From positions 31,124,001 to 31,188,000 of the forward strand of contig OY740799.1 of the NCBI GenBank assembly GCA_963514005.1: DNA of 64,000 nt. The letters are read 5' to 3'. Of this stretch, positions 12,201 to 27,200 are shown one piece after another. The translations under genes were made by a program, and so were the position numbers. This DNA is from Raja brachyura (Eukaryota). Position 1 is the stretch's first letter, and each line of letters starts with the position of its first letter. The notes beneath the pieces were generated by a model. It was given only the letters and a program-made list of their open reading frames with translations, was not told the origin of the DNA and made no database searches.

Positions 12201-15200
12201 GAAGAGACCTTTTCTATAAAAGTGAAAATCCTTATCCATGTCTGCTGAAAGGTGCCAGACTCAATTCTCTTTTTAAAATTATGGCAGGCAATCAGCAACA
12301 AATGGCCTCCTCAATTCGGTAGTTGTTTCTATATTTTCATGGTGAGAAACTACATTTTTTGAATAAAGCAATGAACAAATATTCCTGAAGAGGGGGCTAT
12401 ATAGAGCTTCACTAAACAAAGCACAGAGTCCAAAAGGAAACGCTAACAAGATTGATAGATGATGTTACTAACCTGATGTAGTGCTGGTAGTGGTCTCAGT
12501 TGTTGGTGTCGTTTCTAGTGAAAGAAAATATTGCTCTATTCAAGTGGGGCAGCCAAGAGAATTGGTACGCAGTTATAAAGCCATCAACAGGAATTCATGA
12601 GCTGGCACATTTTATGAAAGTGTTTTCATGTGTAGTTTGGTTGCTTCTTACTAATATGCAAAGATAAACTGCTCAGCAACAACAGACTGTGTCCCCCGTG
12701 GCCTCTCCACGGCGTTCTGCGCCCAGCACGCTTATTTCACCACCTCGCCGGTCACTTTCCCGGACACTTCACCGGTGAATTCCCCATCACTTTACCGATT
12801 AATTGAATAAAGCGTGCGGCCATACTATACGGCTGCATTACTTTTTCCTTGTCAATCAGCAGCTGAATATTTCAGGGCCATCATAAACAATTTCAATTTC
12901 TTAATGTACCAACTTCAGATTTTGTGGAAGCTCAGCAAGTATTCCAAGAACTACTGATCAGAAATGTCGAACATAAGGAGCGGTAAAGTGCCAAAACTGT
13001 TGCAACTCCTACCTCACAGCACCAGAGACATCAGATTGATTTGTTCCGTGGGTGTTGTGTGCATGGAGATGACATGTCCTCCCTGTTATGTATGGCTTTC
13101 CTACAAATGTCTGAAATATATTGTCACTAACCTGATGTAGTACTGGTAGTGGTCTCAGTTATTGACGTAGTTGTTGGTGTTCCTGGTGAAAGAAAATAAC
13201 GCAATATTCAACCAAGACGGCAAGAGGAATTGGTACACAGCTAACTATTGGCAGTCAAGAAACCATCAGAAGGAATTCATAGGCTGGCACGCATTATTAA
13301 AAATTTTAACAGATGGCATTTTTGTTCTTCGTAGAATAAAATGACAGAGCAAAATATATTTGATCAATCAGCAGCTGAATATTTCTGTGCCATCACAAAT
13401 AAACCTGTTCTGACTATACATCAGTTACGGATATCCTGGAAGATTACCGTCTTCCAAAGACCTCAAAATCACCATGTTGTCCAATACCATTATTTGTTGA
13501 ACCATGTTTGAAAAATCTTTGAGCTGAAACAAAACTGTTTGACAGCGTTGCCATGACAAAAAAACTCCCGGAAATCTGGAGGAGGCGAAGGGAAGAGACC
13601 TTTTCTAAAAAGCGAAAATCCTTATCCATGTCAACTGAAAAATGCCAGATTTAATGCTGTTTGTGAGATTATTGTAGGCAACCAGCACCAAAAGGCCTCC
13701 TTAATTTGGTAGTTGTTTCTATATTTTTGTGGTGAGAAACTACATTTTTGGAATAAAACAATGAACAAATATTCATGAAGAGGGGGCTATATAGAGCTTC
13801 ACTAAACAAAGCACAGAGTCCAAAAGGAAAAGCTAACAAGATTGATAGATGATGATACTAACCTGATGTAGTGCTGGTGGTGGTCTCAGCTGTTGGTGTT
13901 GTTTCTAGTGAAAGAAAAGATTGCTCTATTCAAGTGGGGCAGCCAAGAGAATTGGAACGCAGATATGAAGCCATCAACAGGAATTCATCAACTGGCATAT
14001 TTTATGAAAACGTTTTACTAGTTGTCACTTTCTTCATCAGTGAATAAACCATGCGGCCATACTATACGGCTGCATTACTTTTTCCTTGTCTTTGAGAAAT
14101 TGCATCTGATCAGGCATCTAGAAATATTGATTTGGCACAGCTGTGCAGCTGGTAGAGCTGCAGCCTCATAGTGTCATAGATTTGTATTCTATCCTAACCT
14201 CGGGTGCTGTCAGGGCTGGGATTGCACGTTCTCCCTTTCACTACCTGTGATCCCCCCAAGTTTTTAACAGAGGATGATACTGACCTGATGTAGTGGTGGT
14301 CCCAGATGTTGATGTAGTTGTTTCTAGTGAAATAAAAAAATGTTATGTTCCACTGAGACAAACAAGAGGAATAGTTATGCGGTTTAGAATCCTCCAACAG
14401 GAATTTATCAACTGGCACCTTTTAATAAGAAATTTTACACTTGATCTTTACTTATCAGTGAATATAGCGTATGGCCATACTATGCTGCTGCATTACTTTT
14501 TCCTTGTCAATCAGCTGCTGAATGTCAGGGCCACCACAAATAATTCCAACTTCTTAATGTACCAACTTCAGATTTTGTGGAAGCTCAGCAAGTATTCCAA
14601 GAACTACTGATAATAAATTTACAACATAAGCAGCGGTAAAGTGCCACAACTGTTGCAACTCCTACCTCACAGCACCAGAGACTTCAGATTGATTTGTTCC
14701 GTGGGTGCTGTGTGCATGGAGATTACATGTACTCCCTGTTATGTGTGCCTTTCCTACATGTGTGTGAAATATATTGTCACTAACCTGATGTAGTACTGGT
14801 AGTGGTCTCTGTTGTTGATGTAGTTGTTGGTGTTTCTAGTGAAAGAAAATAATGCAATATTCAACCAGGACAGCCAAGAGGAATTGGTACATAGCTAACT
14901 ATTGGTAGTCAGGAAACCATCAGCAGGAATTCATATGGTGGCACACTTAATTGAAATGTTGAACAGAAGGCATTTTTGTTCTTCACAGAATAAAATTGTA
15001 GGGAAAATATAATTTTGATCAATCAGAAGCTGAATATTTCAGTGCCATCACAAATAATTCTGTTCTATCTATACACCAGTTGCAGATTTCCTGGAAGATC
15101 AACCATCTTCCAAAGACTGCAAGGTCTACTTAATACCATCATTTCCGATAGTATGTACTGTGTGTACTATGGGTAAGCATGTCTGTTCATATGCCCCATT

Positions 15201-18200
15201 GATACATGATTATCAACTTGCATAAATTGTGTTCATTATAATCATGTTTTTGATTTTTGCTATGGAATGGCCGTAGAAATTGAGAAGCAGAAAACACCAA
15301 CTCATTTCCTCCACAAATCCAAACTATTTTGAAATTGTGACAAAATTTGGTAGAATTGTTATGAGTCAAACATTGACATCTTAACATGTATATTTGCACA
15401 ATTTATGCAAATAATTTAAGCAAAGATGCAAGAAGTAAGTCACAGAGCTGATGTTAGAAATGTTGTCTCATTGTCTTCGATTTGCCAATGTTTATTGAAA
15501 GTGGTTTGACTCACCTGTTGTGGAACTGGAGGTAGTCTCAGTTGTTCCAGTTGTCAAAGATGTTGTTGGTGTTGTTCCTGGAGAGCAAATAGAAAAGAAT
15601 TTACAAATTGAATTGCAAGAGTCACCAATCAATTTCAGTACGACACTGTACATTTTCAAAAGACTGGGCTGAATTTTAACAATGTTCATTGCTTGTGCCT
15701 ATGCAAAGGACATTTATTAGTAAACCAAATTTTGTTTCGTCATTTATCAAATGCACCGAAATTATAAATAGACATTGTGATTTTTAGAAGAAAGTTCTAA
15801 ACTCCTTCGTTGATCAACTTTGGAACCATCATTGAGCAGAAACAAAACTGTTTAACAGCGCTGCCATGACCAAAAACTCCCGGAATAGTGGAGGAGGCGA
15901 AGGGAAGAGACCTTTTCTAAAAAGTGAAAATCCTTATCCATGTCAACTGAAAAGTGCAGATTTAATGCTCTTTTTGAAATTATTGTAGGCAACCAGCACC
16001 AAAAGGCCTCATTAATTTGGTATTTACTTCTATATTTTCGTGGTGAGAAACTACATTTTTGGAATAAAGCAATGAACAAATATTCATGAAGAGGGTGCGA
16101 TATGGAGCTTCACTAAACAAAGCACCGAATCCAAAAGGAAAAGTTAACAAGATTGATAGATGATGTTACTAACCTGATGTAGTGCTGGTGGTGGTCTCAG
16201 TTGTTGGTGTCGTTTCTAGTGAAAGAAAAGATTGCTCTATTCAAGTGGGGCAGCCAAGAGGAATTGGTACTCAGTTATAAAGCCATCAACAGGAATTCAT
16301 GAGCTGGCACATTTCATGAAAGTGTTTTAATATGTAGATTGGTTACTTCTTACTAATATGCGAAGATAAACTGCTCAGCAACAACAGACTGTATCTCCCG
16401 CAGCCGCTCCATGGCGTTCTGCACCCAGCACGCTTATTTCACCACCTCCAATCGGTGTGTCTCCGGTGCCATCCCCGGTCACTTCCCCGTCACTTTATCG
16501 ATTAATTGAATAAAGCGTGCGATCATACTATGGGCTGCATTACTTTTTACTTGTCAATCAGCGGCTGAATAATTCAGGGTCATCATGAACAATTTCAATT
16601 TCTTAATATACCAACTTCAGATTTTGTGGAAGCTCAGCAGTATTCTAAGAACTATTGATCAGAAATTTAGAACATAAGGAGCGGTAAAGTGCCACAACTG
16701 GCGCAACTCCTACCTCACAGCACCAGAGACATCAGATTGATTTGTTCCGTGGGTGCTGTGTACATGGAGATGACATGCCCTCCCTGTTATGTGTTGCTTT
16801 CCTACAAGTATCTGAAATATATTTCACTAACCTGATGTGGTGCTGGTAGTGGTCTCTGTTGTTGATGTAGTTGTTGGTGTTCCTAGTGAAAGAAAATAAA
16901 GCAATATTTAACCAAGACAGCCAAGAGGAATTGGTATACAGCTAACTATTGGTAGTCAGGAAACCATCAGCAGCAATTCATATGCTGGTACACTTTATTA
17001 AAATGTTTAACAGATGACATTTTTGTTCAACCTAGAATAAAATGGCAAGGCAAAATATACTTTTGATAAATCAGCAGCTGAATATTTCAGTGCAATCACA
17101 AATAATCCTGTTCTATCTATACACCAGTTGCGGATTTCCTGGAAGATCAACCGTCTTCCAAAGACTGCAAGGTCTACTTAATACCATATTTTATAATACC
17201 ATTATTCGTGGATCCATTTTTGAAAAATCTTTGAGCTGAAACAAAACTGTTTAACTGCGTTGCCATGACCAAAAACTACAGGAATAGTGGAAGAGGCGAA
17301 GGGAAGAGACCTTTTCTATAAAAGTGAAAATCCTTATCCATGTCTGCTGAAAGGTGCCAGACTCAATTCTCTTTTTAAAATTATGGCAGGCAATCAGCAA
17401 CAAATGGCCTCCTCAATTCGGTAGTTGTTTCTATATTTTCATGGTGAGAAACTACATTTTTTGAATAAAGCAATGAACAAATATTCCTGAAGAGGGGGCT
17501 ATATAGAGCTTCACTAAACAAAGCACAGAGTCCAAAAGGAAACGCTAACAAGATTGATAGATGATGTTACTAACCTGATGTAGTGCTGGTAGTGGTCTCA
17601 GTTGTTGGTGTCGTTTCTAGTGAAAGAAAATATTGCTCTATTCAAGTGGGGCAGCCAAGAGAATTGGTACGCAGTTATAAAGCCATCAACAGGAATTCAT
17701 GAGCTGGCACATTTTATGAAAGTGTTTTCATGTGTAGTTTGGTTGCTTCTTACTAATATGCAAAGATAAACTGCTCAGCAACAACAGACTGCGTCCCCCG
17801 TGGCCTCTCCACGGCGTTCTGCGCCCAGCACGCTTATTTCACCACCTCGCCGGTCACTTTCCCGGACACTTCACCGCTGAATTCCCCATCACTTTACCGA
17901 TTAATTGAATAAAGCGTGCGGCCATACTATACGGCTGCATTACTTTTTCCTTGTCAATCAGCAGCTGAATATTTCAGGGCCATCATAAACAATTTCAATT
18001 TCTTAATGTACCAACTTCAGATTTTGTGGAAGCTCAGCAAGTATTCCAAGAACTACTGATCAGAAATTTAGAACATAAGGAGCGGTAAAGTGCCAAAACT
18101 GTTGCAACTCCTACCTCACAGCACCAGAGACATCAGATTGATTTGTTCCGTGGGTGTTGTGTGCATGGAGATGACATGTCCTCCCTGTTATGTGTGGCTT

Positions 18201-21200
18201 TCCTACAAATGTCTGAAATATATTGTCACTAACCTGATGTAGTACTGGTAGTGGTCTCAGTTATTGATGTAGTTGTTGGTGTTCCTGGTGAAAGAAAATA
18301 ACGCAATATTCAACCAAGACGGCAAGAGGAATTGGTACACAGCTAACTATTGGCAGTCAAGAAACCATCAGAAGGAATTCATAGGCTGGCACGCATTATT
18401 AAAAATTTTAACAGATGGCATTTTTGTTCTTCGTAGAATAAAATGACAGAGCAAAATATATTTGATCAATCAGCAGCTGAATATTTCTGTGCCATCACAA
18501 ATAAACCTGTTCTGACTATACATCAGTTACGGATATCCTGGAAGATTACCGTCTTCCAAAGACCTCAAAATCACCATGTTGTCCAATACCATTATTTGTT
18601 GAACCATGTTTGAAAAATCTTTGAGCTGAAACAAAACTGTTTAACAGCGTTGCCATGACAAAAAAACTCCCGGAAATCTGGAGGAGGCGAAGGGAAGAGA
18701 CCTTTTCTAAAAAGCGAAAATCCTTATCCATGTCAACTGAAAAATGCCAGATTTAATGCTGTTTGTGAAATTATTGTAGGCAACCAGCACCAAAAGGCCT
18801 CCTTAATTTGGTAGTTGTTTCTATATTTTTGTGGTGAGAAACTACATTTTTGGAATAAAACAATGAACAAATATTCATGAAGAGGGGGCTATATAGAGCT
18901 TCACTAAACAAAGCACAGAGTCCAAAAGGAAAAGCTAACAAGATTGATAGATGATGATACTAACCTGATGTAGTGCTGGTGGTGGTCTCAGTTGTTGGTG
19001 TTGTTTCTAGTGAAAGAAAAGATTGCTCTATTCAAGTGGGGCAGCCAAGAGAATTGGAACGCAGATATGAAGCCATCAACAGGAATTCATCAACTGGCAT
19101 ATTTTATGAAAACGTTTTACTAGTTGTCACTTTCTTCATCAGTGAATAAACCATGCGGCCATACTATACGACTGCATTACTTTTTCCTTGTCTTTGAGAA
19201 ATTGCATCTGATCAGGCATCTAGAAATATTGATTTGGCACAGCTGTGCAGCTGGTAGAGCTGCAGCCTCATAGTGTCATAGATTTGTATTCTATCCTAAC
19301 CTCGGGTGCTGTCAGGGCTGGGATTGCACGTTCTCCCTTTCACTACCTGTGATCCCCCCAAGTTTTTAACAGAGGATGATACTGACCTGATGTAGTGGTG
19401 GTCCCAGATGTTGATGTAGTTGTTTCTAGTGAAATAAAAAAATGTTATGTTCCACTGAGACAAACAAGAGGAATTGTTATGCGGTTTAGAATCCTCCAAC
19501 AGGAATTTATCAACTGGCACCTTTTAATAAGAAATTTTACACTTGATCTTTCCTTATCAGTGAATATAGCGTATGGCCATACTATGCTGCTGCATTACTT
19601 TTTCCTTGTCAATCAGCTGCTGAATGTCAGGGCCACCACAAATAATTACAACTTCTTAATGTACCAACTTCAGATTTTGTGGAAGCTCAGCAAGTATTCC
19701 AAGAACTACTGATCATAAATTTACAACATAAGCAGCGGTAAAGTGCCACAACTGTTGCAACTCCTACCTCACAGCACCAGAGACGTCAGATTGATTTGTT
19801 CCGTGGGTGCTGTGTGCAAGGAGATTACATGTACTCCCTGTTATATGTGCCTTTCCTACATGTGTGTGAAATATATTGTCACTAACCTGATGTAGTACTG
19901 GTAGTGGTCTCTGTTGTTGATGTAGTTGTTGGTGTTTCTAGTGAAAGAAAATAATGCAATATTCAACCAGGACAGCCAAGAGGAATTGGTACATAGCTAA
20001 CTATTGGTAGTCAGGAAACCATCAGCAGGAATTCATATGGTGGCACACTTAATTGAAATGTTGAACAGAAGGCATTTTTGTTCTTCACAGAATAAAATTG
20101 TAGGGAAAATATAATTTTGATCAATCAGAAGCTGAATATTTCAGTGCCATCACAAATAATTCTGTTCTATCTATACACCAGTTGCAGATTTCCTGGAAGA
20201 TCAACCATCTTCCAAAGACTGCAAGGTCTACTTAATACCATCATTTCCGATAGTATGTACTGTGTGTACTATGGGTAAGCATGTCTGTTCATATGCCCCA
20301 TTGATACATGATTATCAACTTGCATAAATTGTGTTCATTATAATCATGTTTTTGATTTTTGCTATGGAATGGCCGTAGAAATTGAGAAGCAGAAAACACC
20401 AACTCATTTCCTCCACAAATCCAAACTATTTTGAAATTGTGACATAATTTGGTAGAATTGTTATGAGTCAAACATTGACATCTTAACATGTATATTTGCA
20501 CAATTTATGCCAATAATTTAAGCAAAGATGCAAGAAGTAAGTCACAGAGCTGATGTTAGAAATGTTGTCTCATTGTCTTCGATTTGCCAATGTTTATTGA
20601 AAGTGGTTTGACTCACCTGTTGTGGAACTGGAGGTAGTCTCAGTTGTTCCAGTTGTCAAAGATGTTGTTGGTGTTGTTCCTGGAGAGCAAATAGAAAAGA
20701 ATTTACAAATTGAATTGCAAGAGTCACCAATCAATTTCAGTACGACACTGTACATTTTCAAAAGACTGGGCTGAATTTTAACAATGTTCATTGCTTGTGC
20801 CTATGCAAAGGACATTTATTAGTAAACCAAATTTTGTTTCGTCATTTATCAAATGCACCGAAATTATAAATAGACATTGTGATTTTTAGAAGAAAGTTCT
20901 AAACTCCTTCGTTGATCAACTTTGGAACCATCATTGAGCAGAAACAAAACTGTTTAACAGCGCTGCCATGACCAAAAACTCCCGGAATAGTGGAGGAGGC
21001 GAAGGGAAGAGACCTTTTCTAAAAAGTGAAAATCCTTATCCATGTCAACTGAAAAGTGCAGATTTAATGCTCTTTTTGAAATTATTGTAGGCAACCAGCA
21101 CCAAAAGGCCTCATTAATTTGGTATTTACTTCTATATTTTCGTGGTGAGAAACTACATTTTTGGAATAAAGCAATGAACAAATATTCATGAAGAGGGTGC

Positions 21201-24200
21201 GATATGGAGCTTCACTAAACAAAGCACCGAATCCAAAAGGAAAAGTTAACAAGATTGATAGATGATGTTACTAACCTGATGTAGTGCTGGTGGTGGTCTC
21301 AGTTGTTGGTGTCGTTTCTAGTGAAAGAAAAGATTGCTCTATTCAAGTGGGGCAGCCAAGAGGAATTGGTACTCAGTTATAAAGCCATCAACAGGAATTC
21401 ATGAGCTGGCACATTTCATGAAAGTGTTTTAATATGTAGATTGGTTACTTCTTACTAATATGCGAAGATAAACTGCTCAGCAACAACAGACTGTATCCCC
21501 CGCAGCCGCTCCATGGCGTTCTGCACCCAGCACGCTTATTTCACCACCTCCAATCGGTGTGTCTCCGGTGCCATCCCCGGTCACTTCCCCGTCACTTTAT
21601 CGATTAATTGAATAAAGCGTGCGATCATACTATGGGCTGCATTACTTTTTACTTGTCAATCAGCGGCTGAATAATTCAGGGTCATCATGAACAATTTCAA
21701 TTTCTTAATATACCAACTTCAGATTTTGTGGAAGCTCAGCAGTATTCTAAGACCTATTGATCAGAAATTTAGAACATAAGGAGCGGTAAAGTGCCACAAC
21801 TGGCGCAACTCCTACCTCACAGCACCAGAGACATCAGATTGATTTGTTCCGTGGGTGCTGTGTACATGGAGATGACATGCCCTCCCTGTTATGTGTTGCT
21901 TTCCTACAAGTATCTGAAATATATTTCACTAACCTGATGTGGTGCTGGTAGTGGTCTCTGTTGTTGATGTAGTTGTTGGTGTTCCTAGTGAAAGAAAATA
22001 AAGCAATATTTAACCAAGACAGCCAAGAGGAATTGGTATACAGCTAACTATTGGTAGTCAGGAAACCATCAGCAGCAATTCATATGCTGGTACACTTTAT
22101 TAAAATGTTTAACAGATGACATTTTTGTTCAACCTAGAATAAAATGGCAAGGCAAAATATACTTTTGATAAATCAGCAGCTGAATATTTCAGTGCAATCA
22201 CAAATAATCCTGTTCTATCTATACACCAGTTGCGGATTTCCTGGAAGATCAACCGTCTTCCAAAGACTGCAAGGTCTACTTAATACCATATTTTATAATA
22301 CCATTATTCGTGGATCCATTTTTGAAAAATCTTTGAGCTGAAACAAAACTGTTTAACTGCGTTGCCATGACCAAAAACTACAGGAATAGTGGAAGAGGCG
22401 AAGGGAAGAGACCTTTTCTATAAAAGTGAAAATCCTTATCCATGTCTGCTGAAAGGTGCCAGACTCAATTCTCTTTTTAAAATTATGGCAGGCAATCAGC
22501 AACAAATGGCCTCCTCAATTCGGTAGTTGTTTCTATATTTTCATGGTGAGAAACTACATTTTTTGAATAAAGCAATGAACAAATATTCCTGAAGAGGGGG
22601 CTATATAGAGCTTCACTAAACAAAGCACAGAGTCCAAAAGGAAACGCTAACAAGATTGATAGATGATGTTACTAACCTGATGTAGTGCTGGTAGTGGTCT
22701 CAGTTGTTGGTGTCGTTTCTAGTGAAAGAAAAGATTGCTCTATTCAAGTGGGGCAGCCAAGAGAATTGGTACGCAGTTATAAAGCCATCAACAGGAATTC
22801 ATGAGCTGGCACATTTTATGAAAGTGTTTTCATGTGTAGTTTGGTTGCTTCTTACTAATATGCAAAGATAAACTGCTCAGCAACAACAGACTGTGTCCCC
22901 CGTGGCCTCTCCACGGCGTTCTGCGCCCAGCACGCTTATTTCACCACCTCGCCGGTCACTTTCCCGGACACTTCACCGGTGAATTCCCCATCACTTTACC
23001 GATTAATTGAATAAAGCGTGCGGCCATACTATACGGCTGCATTACTTTTTCCTTGTCAATCAGCAGCTGAATATTTCAGGGCCATCATAAACAATTTCAA
23101 TTTCTTAATGTACCAACTTCAGATTTTGTGGAAGCTCAGCAAGTATTCCAAGAACTACTGATCAGAAATGTCGAACATAAGGAGCGGTAAAGTGCCAAAA
23201 CTGTTGCAACTCCTACCTCACAGCACCAGAGACATCAGATTGATTTGTTCCGTGGGTGTTGTGTGCATGGAGATGACATGTCCTCCCTGTTATGTATGGC
23301 TTTCCTACAAATGTCTGAAATATATTGTCACTAACCTGATGTAGTACTGGTAGTGGTCTCAGTTATTGACGTAGTTGTTGGTGTTCCTGGTGAAAGAAAA
23401 TAACGCAATATTCAACCAAGACGGCAAGAGGAATTGGTACACAGCTAACTATTGGCAGTCAAGAAACCATCAGAAGGAATTCATAGGCTGGCACGCATTA
23501 TTAAAAATTTTAACAGATGGCATTTTTGTTCTTCGTAGAATAAAATGACAGAGCAAAATATATTTGATCAATCAGCAGCTGAATATTTCTGTGCCATCAC
23601 AAATAAACCTGTTCTGACTATACATCAGTTACGGATATCCTGGAAGATTACCGTCTTCCAAAGACCTCAAAATCACCATGTTGTCCAATACCATTATTTG
23701 TTGAACCATGTTTGAAAAATCTTTGAGCTGAAACAAAACTGTTTGACAGCGTTGCCATGACAAAAAAACTCCCGGAAATCTGGAGGAGGCGAAGGGAAGA
23801 GACCTTTTCTAAAAAGCGAAAATCCTTATCCATGTCAACTGAAAAATGCCAGATTTAATGCTGTTTGTGAGATTATTGTTGGCAACCAGCACCAAAAGGC
23901 CTCCTTAATTTGGTAGTTGTTTCTATATTTTTGTGGTGAGAAACTACATTTTTGGAATAAAACAATGAACAAATATTCATGAAGAGGGGGCTATATAGAG
24001 CTTCACTAAACAAAGCACAGAGTCCAAAAGGAAAAGCTAACAAGATTGATAGATGATGATACTAACCTGATGTAGTGCTGGTGGTGGTCTCAGTTGTTGG
24101 TGTTGTTTCTAGTGAAAGAAAAGATTGCTCTATTCAAGTGGGGCAGCCAAGAGAATTGGAACGCAGATATGAAGCCATCAACAGGAATTCATCAACTGGC

Positions 24201-27200
24201 ATATTTTATGAAAACGTTTTACTAGTTGTCACTTTCTTCATCAGTGAATAAACCATGCGGCCATACTATACGGCTGCATTACTTTTTCCTTGTCTTTGAG
24301 AAATTGCATCTGATCAGGCATCTAGAAATATTGATTTGGCACAGCTGTGCAGCTGGTAGAGCTGCAGCCTCATAGTGTCATAGATTTGTATTCTATCCTA
24401 ACCTCGGGTGCTGTCAGGGCTGGGATTGCACGTTCTCCCTTTCACTACCTGTGATCCCCCCAAGTTTTTAACAGAGGATGATACTGACCTGATGTAGTGG
24501 TGGTCCCAGATGTTGATGTAGTTGTTTCTAGTGAAATAAAAAAATGTTATGTTCCACTGAGACAAACAAGAGGAATAGTTATGCGGTTTAGAATCCTCCA
24601 ACAGGAATTTATCAACTGGCACCTTTTAATAAGAAATTTTACACTTGATCTTTACTTATCAGTGAATATAGCGTATGGCCATACTATGCTGCTGCATTAC
24701 TTTTTCCTTGTCAATCAGCTGCTGAATGTCAGGGCCACCACAAATAATTCCAACTTCTTAATGTACCAACTTCAGATTTTGTGGAAGCTCAGCAAGTATT
24801 CCAAGAACTACTGATAATAAATTTACAACATAAGCAGCGGTAAAGTGCCACAACTGTTGCAACTCCTACCTCACAGCACCAGAGACTTCAGATTGATTTG
24901 TTCCGTGGGTGCTGTGTGCATGGAGATTACATGTACTCCCTGTTATGTGTGCCTTTCCTACATGTGTGTGAAATATATTGTCACTAACCTGATGTAGTAC
25001 TGGTAGTGGTCTCTGTTGTTGATGTAGTTGTTGGTGTTTCTAGTGAAAGAAAATAATGCAATATTCAACCAGGACAGCCAAGAGGAATTGGTACATAGCT
25101 AACTATTGGTAGTCAGGAAACCATCAGCAGGAATTCATATGGTGGCACACTTAATTGAAATGTTGAACAGAAGGCATTTTTGTTCTTCACAGAATAAAAT
25201 TGTAGGGAAAATATAATTTTGATCAATCAGAAGCTGAATATTTCAGTGCCATCACAAATAATTCTGTTCTATCTATACACCAGTTGCAGATTTCCTGGAA
25301 GATCAACCATCTTCCAAAGACTGCAAGGTCTACTTAATACCATCATTTCCGATAGTATGTACTGTGTGTACTATGGGTAAGCATGTCTGTTCATATGCCC
25401 CATTGATACATGATTATCAACTTGCATAAATTGTGTTCATTATAATCATGTTTTTGATTTTTGCTATGGAATGGCCGTAGAAATTGAGAAGCAGAAAACA
25501 CCAACTCATTTCCTCCACAAATCCAAACTATTTTGAAATTGTGACAAAATTTGGTAGAATTGTTATGAGTCAAACATTGACATCTTAACATGTATATTTG
25601 CACAATTTATGCCAATAATTTAAGCAAAGATGCAAGAAGTAAGTCACAGAGCTGATGTTAGAAATGTTGTCTCATTGTCTTCGATTTGCCAATGTTTATT
25701 GAAAGTGGTTTGACTCACCTGTTGTGGAACTGGAGGTAGTCTCAGTTGTTCCAGTTGTCAAAGATGTTGTTGGTGTTGTTCCTGGAGAGCAAATAGAAAA
25801 GAATTTACAAATTGAATTGCAAGAGTCACCAATCAATTTCAGTACGACACTGTACATTTTCAAAAGACTGGGCTGAATTTTAACAATGTTCATTGCTTGT
25901 GCCTATGCAAAGGACATTTATTAGTAAACCAAATTTTGTTTCGTCATTTATCAAATGCACCGAAATTATAAATAGACATTGTGATTTTTAGAAGAAAGTT
26001 CTAAACTCCTTCGTTGATCAACTTTGGAACCATCATTGAGCAGAAACAAAACTGTTTAACAGCGCTGCCATGACCAAAAACTCCCGGAATAGTGGAGGAG
26101 GCGAAGGGAAGAGACCTTTTCTAAAAAGTGAAAATCCTTATCCATGTCAACTGAAAAGTGCAGATTTAATGCTCTTTTTGAAATTATTGTAGGCAACCAG
26201 CACCAAAAGGCCTCATTAATTTGGTATTTACTTCTATATTTTCGTGGTGAGAAACTACATTTTTGGAATAAAGCAATGAACAAATATTCATGAAGAGGGT
26301 GCGATATGGAGCTTCACTAAACAAAGCACCGAATCCAAAAGGAAAAGTTAACAAGATTGATAGATGATGTTACTAACCTGATGTAGTGCTGGTGGTGGTC
26401 TCAGTTGTTGGTGTCGTTACTAGTGAAAGAAAAGATTGCTCTAATCAAGTGGGGCAGCCAAGAGGAATTGGTACTCAGTTATAAAGCCATCGACAGGAAT
26501 TCATGAGCTGGCACATTTCATGAAAGTGTTTTAATATGTAGATTGGTTACTTCTTACTAATATGCGAAGATAAACTGCTCAGCAACAACAGACTGTATCT
26601 CCCGCAGCCGCTCCATGGCGTTCTGCACCCAGCACGCTTATTTCACCACCTCCAATCGGTGTGTCTCCGGTGCCATCCCCGGTCACTTCCCCGTCACTTT
26701 ATCGATTAATTGAATAAAGCGTGCGATCATACTATGGGCTGCATTACTTTTTACTTGTCAATCAGCGGCTGAATAATTCAGGGTCATCATGAACAATTTC
26801 AATTTCTTAATGTACCAACTTCAGATTTTGTGGAAGCTCAGCAGTATTCTAAGAACTATTGATCAGAAATTTAGAACATAAGGAGCGGTAAAGTGCCACA
26901 ACTGGCGCAACTCCTACCTCACAGCACCAGAGACATCAGATTGATTTGTTCCGTGGGTGCTGTGTACATGGAGATGACATGCCCTCCCTGTTATGTGTTG
27001 CTTTCCTACAAGTATCTGAAATATATTTCACTAACCTGATGTGGTGCTGGTAGTGGTCTCTGTTGTTGATGTAGTTGTTGGTGTTCCTAGTGAAAGAAAA
27101 TAAAGCAATATTTAACCAAGACAGCCAAGAGGAATTGGTATACAGCTAACTATTGGTAGTCAGGAAACCATCAGCAGCAATTCATATGCTGGTACACTTT

